NCBI GenBank assembly: GCA_028707125.1
Contig: JAQTUX010000001.1
Location: 1,194,438-1,258,437, forward strand
Direction: 5' to 3'
DNA: 64,000 nt
From: Candidatus Omnitrophota bacterium
GTDB taxonomy: Bacteria > Omnitrophota > Gorgyraeia > Gygaellales > JAQTUX01
The notes beneath the pieces are model-generated. The model saw only the letters and a program-made list of their open reading frames with translations. It ran no database searches and was not told where the DNA came from. Every line of letters starts with the position of its first letter. Within the stretch, counting starts at the first letter, position 1. Made by a program: the position numbers and the translations under genes. This document shows, in pieces, positions 8,538 to 17,792 of this stretch.

Positions 8538-9623
8538 TTATTTTTTGATCTTTGCGGCAATCGCCTCTGCCATCTCAAGAGTGCCCACGGCAGAGGGATC
8601 ATCCCTGTTTTCCTTTAAGTCGTAGGTCACGGACCTGCCCTCGCGCATAACATCGCTTACGGCCTTATCCAATTTCAAGGCGGCATTTTCTTCGCCGAGA
8701 TATTTCAGCATTAACACCGCGGAGAGGATCATCGCCGCTGGATTCACTCTGTTCTTCCCGGCATGCTTAGGCGCTGAACCATGCACCGCCTCAAATACGG
8801 CTATGCCGTCTCCAATATTGGCGCCGGGAGCGACTCCCAGCCCTCCCACCAGCCCCGCGCAAAGGTCCGATAAGATATCGCCGTAAAGGTTGGGCAGGAC
8901 AAAAACATCGTAATTATGCGGCCTCAATACAAGCTGCATTGACAGGTTGTCCACGATGGCATCGTCAAAAGCGACCCTGCCTTCGTATTCAGCCGCTATC
9001 TCCCGGGCAACCGACAGGAACAGCCCGTCGGTAAACTTCATGATGTTGGCCTTATGCACGGCTGTGACTTTCTTGCGGCCGTTCTTAAGCGCGTACTCAA
9101 AAGCAAACTTGACTATGCGCCGTGACGCGGACTCCGATATCGGCTTTATGGAAACGGCTGAATCGGCAATGATTTTCTTATCCCTGAGGGAATTGATCTT
9201 CTCAATGACTGACCTTGTGTCTGCTTCGCCCTTTTGAAATTCTATGCCCGCGTAAAGGTCTTCGGTGTTCTCCCTGACCAGCACCAGGTCAATATCTTTA
9301 TATTTTGATCTTACGCCTTCGTATGATTTTGCCGGCCTCAGGCAAGCGTAGAGATCAAGCTTCTGGCGTATGGCAACGTTTACGGAACGAAACCCGCTGC
9401 CGACAGGCGTGGTTATGGGGCCCTTCAGCGCGACCTTGTTTTTCCTGATCGAATCAAGCGTCTGCTCAGGCAGGACTGTGCCGTATTTCTTAAGCGCTGT
9501 CTCGCCGGCAACCGCCTCCTCCCATTTGATCTTAACTCCGGCGGCGTCCACGCACATCCGTGCCGCCTCTGCCACTTCCGGCCCTATGCCGTCTCCGGGG
9601 ATTAATGTAATTGTGTGATTCAT
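8538..9623 (-). CDS. NAD-dependent isocitrate/homoisocitrate dehydrogenase family protein (IDH3-like; not LeuB-like)
   Basis: ITLIPGDGIGPEV N-terminus. NLYGDILSDLCAGLVGGLGVAPGANIG...VFEAVHGSAPKHAGK closely matches the IDH3/HICDH signature (LCAGL-GGLG) rather than the LeuB signature (DEAS...SLG). Confidence 0.7.
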   Translation of the reverse strand: MNHTITLIPGDGIGPEVAEAARMCVDAAGVKIKWEEAVAGETALKKYGTVLPEQTLDSIRKNKVALKGPITTPVGSGFRSVNVAIRQKLDLYACLRPAKSYEGVRSKYKDIDLVLVRENTEDLYAGIEFQKGEADTRSVIEKINSLRDKKIIADSAVSIKPISESASRRIVKFAFEYALKNGRKKVTAVHKANIMKFTDGLFLSVAREIAAEYEGRVAFDDAIVDNLSMQLVLRPHNYDVFVLPNLYGDILSDLCAGLVGGLGVAPGANIGDGIAVFEAVHGSAPKHAGKNRVNPAAMILSAVLMLKYLGEENAALKLDKAVSDVMREGRSVTYDLKENRDDPSAVGTLEMAEAIAAKIKK

Positions 9624-10120
9624 AACTTTATCCCGCCATGTTTCTTAAAATGCGCCACCAGGCCGCCGTCCTCAAGCAGCGTGCGCATAACTTTATTCAG
9701 CGGCTTAAAAGGGGTGCGCGTTTGCCGGCTCTTATTCTCCAATACACCTTTCTCTATATCTATCACTATTTCGTCGCCTTGTTTTATCCCGCCGGTATCC
9801 GCCTCTATAAGCGCCAGCCCTATATTAAATCCGTTCCTGTAAAATATCCGCGCGAAACTCTTTGCCACGACGGCGTTTATGCCCGCCGCCTTTATGACCA
9901 ACGGCGCCTGCTCGCGCGATGAGCCGAGGCCGAAATTGCCGCCGGCGACTATGATACTCTTGCCAGGGGTAAGCTTTTCAGGGAAATCCGGGTCAATGTC
10001 CTCCATAATATGCTTCGCCAATTCTTTCATATCGGTGATGGCGAATTTGTAGCGCCCCGATATGATAAAGTCGGTGTTGATATTGTCGCCTAATAATACC
10101 GCCTTGCCTGAGATCACCAT
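9620..10120 (-). CDS. leuD: 3-isopropylmalate dehydratase small subunit (short archaeal/LeuD-type; could serve homoaconitase-like roles)
   Basis: 166 aa; GDNINTDFIISGRY, GGNFGLGSSREQAP motifs of the aconitase swivel-domain small subunit. Confidence 0.75.
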   Translation of the reverse strand: MVISGKAVLLGDNINTDFIISGRYKFAITDMKELAKHIMEDIDPDFPEKLTPGKSIIVAGGNFGLGSSREQAPLVIKAAGINAVVAKSFARIFYRNGFNIGLALIEADTGGIKQGDEIVIDIEKGVLENKSRQTRTPFKPLNKVMRTLLEDGGLVAHFKKHGGIKL

Positions 10121-10121
10121 T

Positions 10122-11168
10122 TTATAACGACTTGAACTCGCCGGGGTTCTTCACCTTCTGCATCGCCGTATCCATAGAGACAAGACCTTTCTGGTAAAGC
10201 TCTTTCAGCGACTTATCCATTGTCTTCATCCCGTACTGGCTGCCGGTCTGCATGACTGTCGGCATCTGCTCGACCTCCTGCTCTCTTATTAAATTCCTCA
10301 CAGCGGGGGTGGCGATCATTATTTCAGTAGCAAGCACCATACCTGTTCCGTCGGCGCGCCTGAGCAGTAATTGCGAAACTATCCCCTGCAGGGAAGCCGC
10401 CAGCTGAAGTTTTACCTGCGCCTGCTGATGCGGAGGGAACACGTCAATGATGCGCTGGATCGTCTGCGGCGCGTCGGGCGTATGAAGGGTGGCAAGGACA
10501 AGATGCCCGGTTTCGGCCGCGGTAAGCGCGGTGGCGATCGTCTCCTGATCCCTCATCTCTCCCACTACGATCACGTTCGGGTCCTGCCGAAGAGCGTGCC
10601 TCAAAGCCGACGCGAATGAGTAGGTATCGGAATACAGCTCTCTCTGTTTTACGATACTCTTCTTATTAGGATGAACAAATTCTATAGGGTCTTCAATGCA
10701 TATTATCATGCATTCTCTCTCGCTGTTTATCAGGTCTATCAGGGCGGCCAGGGTCGTGGTCTTGCCTACGCCGGTAGGCCCGGTAACCAGCACAAGGCCG
10801 TTTGGCTTTCTGGCAAGGTCTATCAATATCTGGGGCAGGCCCAAATCGTTGAATGTAGGGATATTCAGCGGTATGCGCCTTAATGCCGCTTCCACAGACC
10901 CTCTCTGCATATGCACATTCACTCTGAACCTGTCAAGCCCGGGAAGCGCCAGAGAAAAATCCAGTTCCAGCTCCTTTTCAAACGCCGCTTTCTGGGAACT
11001 GCTTAACGCGCTGTAGATAAGACGCTTGTTATCTTCTTTGCTCAAAGCCGGGAAGTCCGTTTTGACCAATTGGCCGCTGACCCTCAATATCGGCGGCTGG
11101 GACGCGGTAAGGTGCAGATCAGAGGCGTTATTTTTTACCGCCAGCATAAGCAATTCTTTCAATTCCAT
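10122..11168 (-). CDS. pilT: Type IV pilus retraction ATPase PilT
   Basis: 348 aa; Walker A GPTGVGKTT, Asp box, His box LATLHT, PilT-specific AIRNLIREQ-like motif (ATPAVRNLIREQE). Confidence 0.85.
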   Translation of the reverse strand: MELKELLMLAVKNNASDLHLTASQPPILRVSGQLVKTDFPALSKEDNKRLIYSALSSSQKAAFEKELELDFSLALPGLDRFRVNVHMQRGSVEAALRRIPLNIPTFNDLGLPQILIDLARKPNGLVLVTGPTGVGKTTTLAALIDLINSERECMIICIEDPIEFVHPNKKSIVKQRELYSDTYSFASALRHALRQDPNVIVVGEMRDQETIATALTAAETGHLVLATLHTPDAPQTIQRIIDVFPPHQQAQVKLQLAASLQGIVSQLLLRRADGTGMVLATEIMIATPAVRNLIREQEVEQMPTVMQTGSQYGMKTMDKSLKELYQKGLVSMDTAMQKVKNPGEFKSL

Positions 11169-12427
11169 TATCTCATCTCCTTCCTCGGATCGGTTATATG
11201 CCCTGTCAGGGCGGATGCGGCTACGGTGGCGGGCGAAGCAAGATATATGAACGCCTTCGGGTTGCCCATCCTGCCCTTGAAATTCCTGTTAGCGCAGGAG
11301 ATCACCGATTCTCCATCAGCAGGCACGCCGTTATGCGTGCCTACGCACGGGCCGCAGCCGGGAGCGACTATGACCGCCCCCGCCTTGACCAACGTATCTA
11401 TTATACCTGTTTTGAGCGCTTCTAAAAATATATTTTTGGAAGCGGGGGCGACTATAAGGCGCACCCCGTCTTTGACCTTTCTGCCCTTAAGTATATCCGC
11501 CGCGATCTTTAAATCCTCGAGGCGGCCGTTAGTGCAGGTGCCGATGTAGGCCTCGTTGATCCCCACGCCCGATAACTCGCCCGCGAGGGCTGTATTGTCA
11601 ACCGCGTGCGGCTTTGAAACCGTGGGCCTGATCTTATCCGCGTCATAATGTTTTACCGATCTGTATCCGGCATCGCTATCGGCCTTCTGTATCCTGTATT
11701 TTTTCTTGATCGGCCTTTTTTTAAGCCAGTCCCGCGCCTTTTTATCCACGGGCATAAAGGCGCACTTTGCCCCCATCTCCACCACCATATTGCATATTGT
11801 GAACCTCGCGTCCATACTTAAGGCGCCTATGGCGCTGCCGTAAAATTCTATCGCCTGATACGTCGCGCCGGAGGAAGTGAAGTCGCCGATAATATGCAAG
11901 ATAAGGTCTTTGGCAAAGACGCCTTTGGGCAGGCGTCCGTCTACTATTATCTTTATGGTTTCGGGCACCTTAAACCAGTTCTTGCCCCCTGCCAGCGCGA
12001 TGGCCAGGTCTGTTGAGCCCACGCCGCTGGCAAAGGCGCCCAGCGCCCCGTAAGTGCAGGTGTGCGAATCAGCCCCGAGAACGAGTTCACCGGGATATAC
12101 GTGCCCCGACTCAGGTATGACCTGATGGCAGACGCCGCAGCCGATGTCATAAAGCCCCGTATCGAATTCACCGCTGAAGGCGCGCATCCTGTTATGTATG
12201 GCGGAGACCTCCTGTTTCGGCGAAGGCGCGCTGTGGTCTATCACCATGCAGAACTTATTCGCCGCGGCAAGCTTCTTTATCCCCAATTCAGCGATCCTGT
12301 CAATGATGATCGCGCTGGTGCCGTCCTGGCCAAAACAGAAATCAACCTTGCATACCGCAAAATCGCCGGCAGTAAGGGATTTGCCGGCGTGCTCGCTTAA
12401 TATCTTCTCTACTACTGTCTTACCCAT
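11168..12427 (-). CDS. leuC: 3-isopropylmalate dehydratase large subunit (short archaeal/LeuC-type aconitase-family)
   Basis: 419 aa; aconitase family Fe-S ligand regions (GADSHTCTYGALGAFA, GTCTNGRLEDL, GCGPCVG). Confidence 0.8.
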   Translation of the reverse strand: MGKTVVEKILSEHAGKSLTAGDFAVCKVDFCFGQDGTSAIIIDRIAELGIKKLAAANKFCMVIDHSAPSPKQEVSAIHNRMRAFSGEFDTGLYDIGCGVCHQVIPESGHVYPGELVLGADSHTCTYGALGAFASGVGSTDLAIALAGGKNWFKVPETIKIIVDGRLPKGVFAKDLILHIIGDFTSSGATYQAIEFYGSAIGALSMDARFTICNMVVEMGAKCAFMPVDKKARDWLKKRPIKKKYRIQKADSDAGYRSVKHYDADKIRPTVSKPHAVDNTALAGELSGVGINEAYIGTCTNGRLEDLKIAADILKGRKVKDGVRLIVAPASKNIFLEALKTGIIDTLVKAGAVIVAPGCGPCVGTHNGVPADGESVISCANRNFKGRMGNPKAFIYLASPATVAASALTGHITDPRKEMR

Positions 12428-13578
12428 TTTTCGATCCTGTCCATCCCCTTCTCAATATTCTCCATGCTCGTGGCAAAGCTTACGCGCACGAAATCATCAT
12501 ATCCGAAGCCGATGCCGGGCACAAGCGCCACATTCGCCTCATCAAGAAGCCGCGAAGAGAAGGTAAGCGAATCCATCCCGGTCTTTGATATGTTAATAAA
12601 GATGTAGAACGCTCCCTGCGGAAGTATGTGGCTCAGTATCTTGATACTCTTCAGCCGCCCCACTATGTAGTCGCGCCGCTTCAAAAACTGCGCGCATCTT
12701 TCCCTTACGATCTTCTCATCCATCTCTAAGGCGGCAACTGAGGCCATTTGCGCGATGGAATCGGCGTTGGAAGTAGAGTGGCTCTGGATGTTGTCCACTG
12801 CCCTGGCTATTTCAAGCGGCGCGCCTAAATAGCCGATGCGCCATCCGGTCATCGCGAATGATTTGGATACGCCGTTGACGGTAATTACCTGCTCAAGGGC
12901 CTGCCTGCCAAACGACGCGGGTGAATGGTGCTTCAGCCCGTCAAAGATTATCTTCTCATAGATCTCGTCGCTTATTATGAAGATCCCTCTCTCCAGGCAA
13001 ACGTCCACCAGGGCTGTCAGCTCTTCACGGGAATAAACCACGCCCGTGGGGTTAGAGGGGCTGTTCAGGATCAGGACCTTAGTTTTTGGGCTTATGTGTT
13101 TCTTAAGGAGTGCGGGGGTAAGTTTGAAGCCGCCGGCGGGATCCGTGTTAACTACGACGGATCTACCCTCGGCAAGATTCACCATTTCCGGGTAGCTTAC
13201 CCAGTACGGCGCCGGTATGACCACCTCATCGCCTCTATCAACCAGCGCCTGGATGATGTTGTATATGGAGTGTTTCGCGCCGCAGGAAACGACTATCTGC
13301 TCCGGAGAATACTCTATGCCGTTATCCCTTTTGAACTTCTCGCATATGAGTTTTCTTAATTCCGGTATGCCTGAAGTAGCGGTGTATTTAGTAAAACCGC
13401 TCTTTATCGCTTCTATAGCTTTCTGCTTGATCGCGTCGGGCGTGTCAAAATCCGGTTCGCCGGCGCCGAAACCGATGATATCCTTCCCTTCTTTGCGTAA
13501 CTGCTTTGCCTTGGCCGTTATCTTCAGAGTCAAGGAAGGATTGATAAGCTGGACTCTTTTGGCAAGCTTGATAGGCAT
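12412..13578 (-). CDS. Aspartate/aromatic aminotransferase (class I PLP aminotransferase)
   Basis: 388 aa; SPSNPTG, PLP-lysine region NGVSKSFAMTGWRIGY, typical AspAT fold-type I. Confidence 0.8.
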   Translation of the reverse strand: MPIKLAKRVQLINPSLTLKITAKAKQLRKEGKDIIGFGAGEPDFDTPDAIKQKAIEAIKSGFTKYTATSGIPELRKLICEKFKRDNGIEYSPEQIVVSCGAKHSIYNIIQALVDRGDEVVIPAPYWVSYPEMVNLAEGRSVVVNTDPAGGFKLTPALLKKHISPKTKVLILNSPSNPTGVVYSREELTALVDVCLERGIFIISDEIYEKIIFDGLKHHSPASFGRQALEQVITVNGVSKSFAMTGWRIGYLGAPLEIARAVDNIQSHSTSNADSIAQMASVAALEMDEKIVRERCAQFLKRRDYIVGRLKSIKILSHILPQGAFYIFINISKTGMDSLTFSSRLLDEANVALVPGIGFGYDDFVRVSFATSMENIEKGMDRIEKWVRQ

Positions 13579-13589
13579 AGGGTATATAT

Positions 13590-13679
13590 TTGAACGCAGA
13601 TTAACGCATATCTAACGCAGATTTACGCAGATTAACTCTGCGACCATATGCGTGCAAATCTGCGAGAATCTGCGTTCAA
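13590..13679. repeat. Iteron-like array: four direct AACGCAGATT-type repeats phased ~10-11 bp apart, followed by four inverted AATCTGCG(T) copies; outer 13-bp perfect inverted repeat TTGAACGCAGATT/AATCTGCGTTCAA
   Basis: Read directly in the 109-nt rplQ-aspC intergenic spacer: ttgAACGCAGATTaACGCATATCTAACGCAGATTTACGCAGATTAACTCTGCGACCATATGCGTGCAAATCTGCGAGAATCTGCGTTCAAag. Confidence 0.7.
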
Positions 13680-13687
13680 AGTAAAAT

Positions 13688-14248
13688 CTATAGTGAGTCG
13701 CGTTCTTTCTTGAATATATTACGGATGCCGCCTAAGAATTTCTTCTTCGGCTTGACATCTTTTTCCGGCCTTTTCTGTTCCTGCGGCTGGGGCTCTGCCG
13801 CTGCCTTCGGTTTCTTGATCTCTTCCCTGGGTTTCTCTTTTTCTCCTGTCCTCTCGGCAACGGCCTTTTTGACTACGGGGGCCGCCTCCGCTTTTTTCTC
13901 GGTAAACTCAAACAGGACCAGCTCTGCCCCGTCGCCGCGCCGGTTAGACAAAGGCAGTATCCTCGTGTATCCGCTGCTTCTCTTGGCAAACAAAGGAGCC
14001 AACTGAGTAAATAGCCGCTGAACAAGGCGGTGGTCGCCCAGGACGACAAAGGCGCGCCTTCTGGCTGCCAGATCCCCCTTCTTTGCCAGCCATATCAATT
14101 TATCCGCGTATGGCCTGGCTGCCTTTGCCTTATGCTTGGTAGTGCGTATTGACTGATACAAGACAAGGGAGCGCAACAGGCTCTTTATGGTCGCCTTTCT
14201 CCAACTGGTAAAACGGTTCAACTGCATTTTCTTATTTCTATGTCTCAT
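13688..14248 (-). CDS. rplQ: 50S ribosomal protein L17 with ~65-aa lysine/glutamate/proline-rich C-terminal extension
   Basis: N-terminal 120 aa match L17 (MRHRNKKMQLNRFTSWRKA...). The C-terminal tail EKKAEAAPVVKK...KPKAAAEPQPQEQKRPEKDVKPKKK is low-complexity. Confidence 0.85.
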   Translation of the reverse strand: MRHRNKKMQLNRFTSWRKATIKSLLRSLVLYQSIRTTKHKAKAARPYADKLIWLAKKGDLAARRRAFVVLGDHRLVQRLFTQLAPLFAKRSSGYTRILPLSNRRGDGAELVLFEFTEKKAEAAPVVKKAVAERTGEKEKPREEIKKPKAAAEPQPQEQKRPEKDVKPKKKFLGGIRNIFKKERDSL

Positions 14249-15237
14249 TTGGTCTCTTTCAGTTTTTTCGTATCAACCTGCATCCCCAGGCTCAAGCCCA
14301 TGCTGGCGAGCAGCTCTTTTATCTCGCTTAGCGACTTCTTGCCGAAATTCTTGAACGAAAGCATCTCATCTTCGGCCTTCCTGACGAGTTCGGCAATGGT
14401 CTTTATGTTCGCCTCGCGAAGGCAATTGGAGCTTCTCACCGACAACTCAAGTTCGGATATGGGCAGCTTAAACTTCTCGTACAAGACGACTTCCTCCGCA
14501 GACATCTGCTCCTCTTCTTCCTCTTCCTCGGGGATCTGCCCTAAGCCGACAAACGGGTCAAGATGCCTCTGCAGTATATTTGACGCGTAAAGCAGGGCGT
14601 CCTTGGGGCTTATCGCTCCGTTAGTCCAGATCTCCAGTATCAGGGCATCGTAGTCGGTACGCTGGCCCACGCGCGTATTCTCCACGTGGTAATTCACCTT
14701 GGTTACGGGCGTAAAGATAGAATCTATGGCTATTGTGCCTATCGGCTGGTCTTCTCTTTCATTCTGTTCCGCGGTCAGATAACCGCGGCCGCGGCCGACT
14801 TCCATCTCCGCGTGGAATTTTATGTCTTTGGTGAGGGTAGCCAAATGCAGGTCCGAATTGATCACCTCCACCGACTCATCAACTATGATGTCCTTCGCCT
14901 TGATCTCTCCTTTTTTATCCTTCTTTATATAGATCACCTTAGGCACCTTGGAATATGAACGCAGGACGACTTTCTTCAGGTTGCAGATGAGCTCCACCGC
15001 GTCCTCCAGGACACCGGGCAAGGTAGAGAATTCGTGCATTACACCTTCGATCTTAACAGACGTAATGGCTGCCCCCTCTATGGACGAAAGCAGCACGCGC
15101 CTGAGCGAGTTTCCCAAAGTCACGCCGTATCCTTTTTCAAAAGGCGCCGCGATAAATTTAGCGTACGTATTGGAACTGCCGGCCTCATCGCAGTCAACAC
15201 GCTTTGGCATCTGGAAATCTCTCCACTTTATTCCCAT
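14245..15237 (-). CDS. rpoA: DNA-directed RNA polymerase alpha subunit
   Basis: 330 aa; NTD and CTD (helix-hairpin-helix ...LSVRSSNCLREANIKTIAELV) motifs. Confidence 0.9.
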   Translation of the reverse strand: MGIKWRDFQMPKRVDCDEAGSSNTYAKFIAAPFEKGYGVTLGNSLRRVLLSSIEGAAITSVKIEGVMHEFSTLPGVLEDAVELICNLKKVVLRSYSKVPKVIYIKKDKKGEIKAKDIIVDESVEVINSDLHLATLTKDIKFHAEMEVGRGRGYLTAEQNEREDQPIGTIAIDSIFTPVTKVNYHVENTRVGQRTDYDALILEIWTNGAISPKDALLYASNILQRHLDPFVGLGQIPEEEEEEEQMSAEEVVLYEKFKLPISELELSVRSSNCLREANIKTIAELVRKAEDEMLSFKNFGKKSLSEIKELLASMGLSLGMQVDTKKLKETK

Positions 15238-15257
15238 CTTATCTTGTCTCCTTCACT

Positions 15258-15884
15258 TTATTTTGAATACAACTCAACTATCATCTGCTCCTGGACAGGA
15301 ACAGCGATATCGTCTTTTTCCGGCAGGCGGATCACTTTGGCGCTAAGCCCTTTGCTGTCCACCTCAAGCCAGCCGGGCCTTGTCCAATCTTTGGTGGCTT
15401 CAACACTTTCCCTGACCTTATTTAAAACCGCTTCTTTTGCCTTGAGCTGAATAACGTTGCCGCTTTTAACCAGAAAAGAAGGCGTGGTAACCCTTCTGTC
15501 ATTCACGTAAACTGCCCCATGGCGCACCGCCTGCCTTGCCTGCGCGTGCGATGTGGCAAAGCCCGTCCTTATAATAACGTTGTCCAGCCGCCTCTCCAAA
15601 AGTTGCAGCAGTATCTTGCCTGTTACGCCCTTTGTCTTTGCCGCTATGGCGAAATATTTCCTGAACTGCCTCTCCAACACGCCGTAAAGCGTCTTCACCT
15701 TCTGCTTCTCCCTCAGCTGCAGCCCATAGTTGGAAAGTTTCGTTCTCATTTTGCCGTGATCGCCCGGGCCGTAAGCGCGCTTTACAAGCGTGCATTTCTC
15801 GCTGTGGCACTTTACCCCCTTCAGGAAGAGTTTCATCCCTTCCCTGCGGCAAAGCCGGCATGACGGACCGATGTACCTGCCCAT
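15258..15884 (-). CDS. rpsD: 30S ribosomal protein S4
   Basis: 208 aa; MGRYIGPSCRLCRREG zinc-finger N-terminus, S4 domain. Confidence 0.9.
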   Translation of the reverse strand: MGRYIGPSCRLCRREGMKLFLKGVKCHSEKCTLVKRAYGPGDHGKMRTKLSNYGLQLREKQKVKTLYGVLERQFRKYFAIAAKTKGVTGKILLQLLERRLDNVIIRTGFATSHAQARQAVRHGAVYVNDRRVTTPSFLVKSGNVIQLKAKEAVLNKVRESVEATKDWTRPGWLEVDSKGLSAKVIRLPEKDDIAVPVQEQMIVELYSK

Positions 15885-15886
15885 AA

Positions 15887-16303
15887 CTATACTCTCCTTC
15901 TCTTTGTAGGACGGCAGCCGTTGTGAGGAATGGGAGTGACATCCTTTATGGATGTCACGGTAAGCCCCGCTGCCTGCAGCGCCCTGATCGCGGATTCCCT
16001 TCCCGAGCCGGGGCCTTTCACCCTTACCTCTATTTCCTTGATACCCATATCTTTAGCCCTCTTCGCGGCCTCAGACGCGGCTATCTGAGCGGCAAAAGGC
16101 GTAGACCTCTTTGAGCCGCCAAACCCCACTATCCCCGGCGTCGCCCATACTAAACAGTTCCCCTGCTTATCCGTAATGGTCACTATTGTGTTGTTGAAAC
16201 TGGCCTGTATATGGGCGATCCCGCTGGTGACATTTTTCAGGACCTTCTTTTTCTTGGGCCTGGCCTGTTGTGTTGTTGTATTTGTATTTGTGGTTGCTGC
16301 CAT
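15887..16303 (-). CDS. rpsK: 30S ribosomal protein S11
   Basis: 138 aa; [18 protein letters not shown]... S11 signature. Confidence 0.9.
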   Translation of the reverse strand: MAATTNTNTTTQQARPKKKKVLKNVTSGIAHIQASFNNTIVTITDKQGNCLVWATPGIVGFGGSKRSTPFAAQIAASEAAKRAKDMGIKEIEVRVKGPGSGRESAIRALQAAGLTVTSIKDVTPIPHNGCRPTKRRRV

Positions 16304-16317
16304 TTAACCTCCAGAAA

Positions 16318-16701
16318 TTATGATTCCGCCTTCTTTATTATTGCCATGCCGCCCTTGCGCGGCCCTTTCCTGGTCCTGGCATTAGTGCGCGTTCTCTGGC
16401 CTCTAGCGGGAAGGCTTTTCTTATGCCTCAGGCCCCGCCAGCAGCCGATATCCATAAGGCGCTTTATATTCTGTGAGATATCGCGGCGCCTGTCTCCCTC
16501 GACCTTCCCGACGCCTTTCTGGATCACCGTAGTGATATGGGCCACTTCCTCGTCGGTCAGATCCTTGGCGCGCTTGCTTACCTCAATATTGGCTTCCTTA
16601 AGGACATCGCGCGATGTCTTCCTGCCGATGCCGAACAGATAAGTAAGCGAAATGTCTATTCGTTTTTCCTTTGGAATATCAACGCCTAAAATTCTTGGCA
16701 T
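16318..16701 (-). CDS. rpsM: 30S ribosomal protein S13
   Basis: 127 aa; [26 protein letters not shown]; GGAGG SD upstream. Confidence 0.9.
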   Translation of the reverse strand: MPRILGVDIPKEKRIDISLTYLFGIGRKTSRDVLKEANIEVSKRAKDLTDEEVAHITTVIQKGVGKVEGDRRRDISQNIKRLMDIGCWRGLRHKKSLPARGQRTRTNARTRKGPRKGGMAIIKKAES

Positions 16702-16718
16702 AATGCCTCCCTGGAGTC

Positions 16719-16832
16719 CTAACCTTGCCTTTGCTTGTGTTTGGGATTGTCGCAGATAACCCTGATAACCCCTTTTCTCCTGATTATCTTACAGTTGCTG
16801 CAAATCTTCTTAACAGACGCCTTGACTTTCAT
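16719..16832 (-). CDS. rpmJ: 50S ribosomal protein L36 (zinc-ribbon type)
   Basis: Not in the ORF track because it is under 60 aa. Hand translation gives [37 protein letters not shown]. The ATG overlaps the infA stop as ATGA. Confidence 0.8.
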   Translation of the reverse strand: MKVKASVKKICSNCKIIRRKGVIRVICDNPKHKQRQG

Positions 16833-17047
16833 TTTCCTCTGTGTATTATCCTTCCCCGGCTTAGATCATAAGGCGATAATTCAAGCTTAACCTTATCTCC
16901 CGGCAGTATTCTTATAAAATGCATCCTCATCTTGCCGCAGACATGGGCCAGAACTATATGACCGTTCTCCAATTCCACTCTGAACATGGCATTGGGAAGT
17001 GTTTCTACGACCGTGCCTTCAACCTCTATTAATTCTTCTTTGGCCAT
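16829..17047 (-). CDS. infA: Translation initiation factor IF-1
   Basis: 72 aa; S1-like OB fold, [29 protein letters not shown]. Confidence 0.9.
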   Translation of the reverse strand: MAKEELIEVEGTVVETLPNAMFRVELENGHIVLAHVCGKMRMHFIRILPGDKVKLELSPYDLSRGRIIHRGK

Positions 17048-17048
17048 A

Positions 17049-17792
17049 TTATACCGTCAATATCTCCGGCCCCTTTTCCGTTACGGCTACAGTATGTTCA
17101 AAATGCGCCGACAACGCTGAATCAGCCGTCACCGCGGTCCAACCGTTATCTAATATCGCGACTTCCCACGTGCCCGCGTTGACCATCGGCTCTATCGCCA
17201 GCACCATACCCGCCTCCAGGCGTTCTCCTCTGTGCGGCCTGCCGAAGTTGGGTATTTCCGGATCCTCATGCAGTTTCCTGCCGATCCCATGCCCCACAAA
17301 CTGCCGCACCACTGAGAACCCCTGTGATTCCACGCAGTTCTGCACCGCGTAAGAAATATCAGAGACGTGGTTGCCGGGCCTTGCCTGCTTAAGCCCCAAG
17401 GTCAGCGCTTTGCGCGTAACCTCCAGGAGCTTTGACGCCTCAGCGCTGATCTTGCCCACGCCCACGGTAACGGCGGCGTCGGCGAAAAACCCGGATAGCT
17501 CCACGCCCAGGTCAATGCTGACTATGTCGCCCTCTTTGATCACCCTTGAAGACGGGATGCCGTGAACAACCTCCTCATTCACGGAAACGCACGCCGCCGA
17601 GGGAAAGCCCCTGTAACCCTTGAACGCGCATTTCGCCTGCCGGCCCCTGATACTCTCTTCTGCCAGGATGTCCAACTCCTGAGTCGTTATCCCCGGCTTT
17701 ACGCGCGCCGCCAGGATCCTCAAGACCTCGGCAACTATGGCACCTGCGCGGCGGATAACCTCAATTTCATCTGCTTGCCTGCGGGCGATCAT
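17049..17792 (-). CDS. map: Methionine aminopeptidase type I
   Basis: 247 aa; metal ligands in FVGHGIG, VLAIEPM, HFEHTV contexts. Confidence 0.9.
   Translation of the reverse strand: MIARRQADEIEVIRRAGAIVAEVLRILAARVKPGITTQELDILAEESIRGRQAKCAFKGYRGFPSAACVSVNEEVVHGIPSSRVIKEGDIVSIDLGVELSGFFADAAVTVGVGKISAEASKLLEVTRKALTLGLKQARPGNHVSDISYAVQNCVESQGFSVVRQFVGHGIGRKLHEDPEIPNFGRPHRGERLEAGMVLAIEPMVNAGTWEVAILDNGWTAVTADSALSAHFEHTVAVTEKGPEILTV

Noticed and set aside
13590-13679. Possible CRISPR-like or rho-independent terminator interpretation of the CGCAGAT array
   Set aside because: The units are 10-11 nt with no unique spacers, so it is not CRISPR. No U-tract follows the outer stem on the transcribed strand, so it is not a classical intrinsic terminator. 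It is retained as a candidate protein-binding iteron array.
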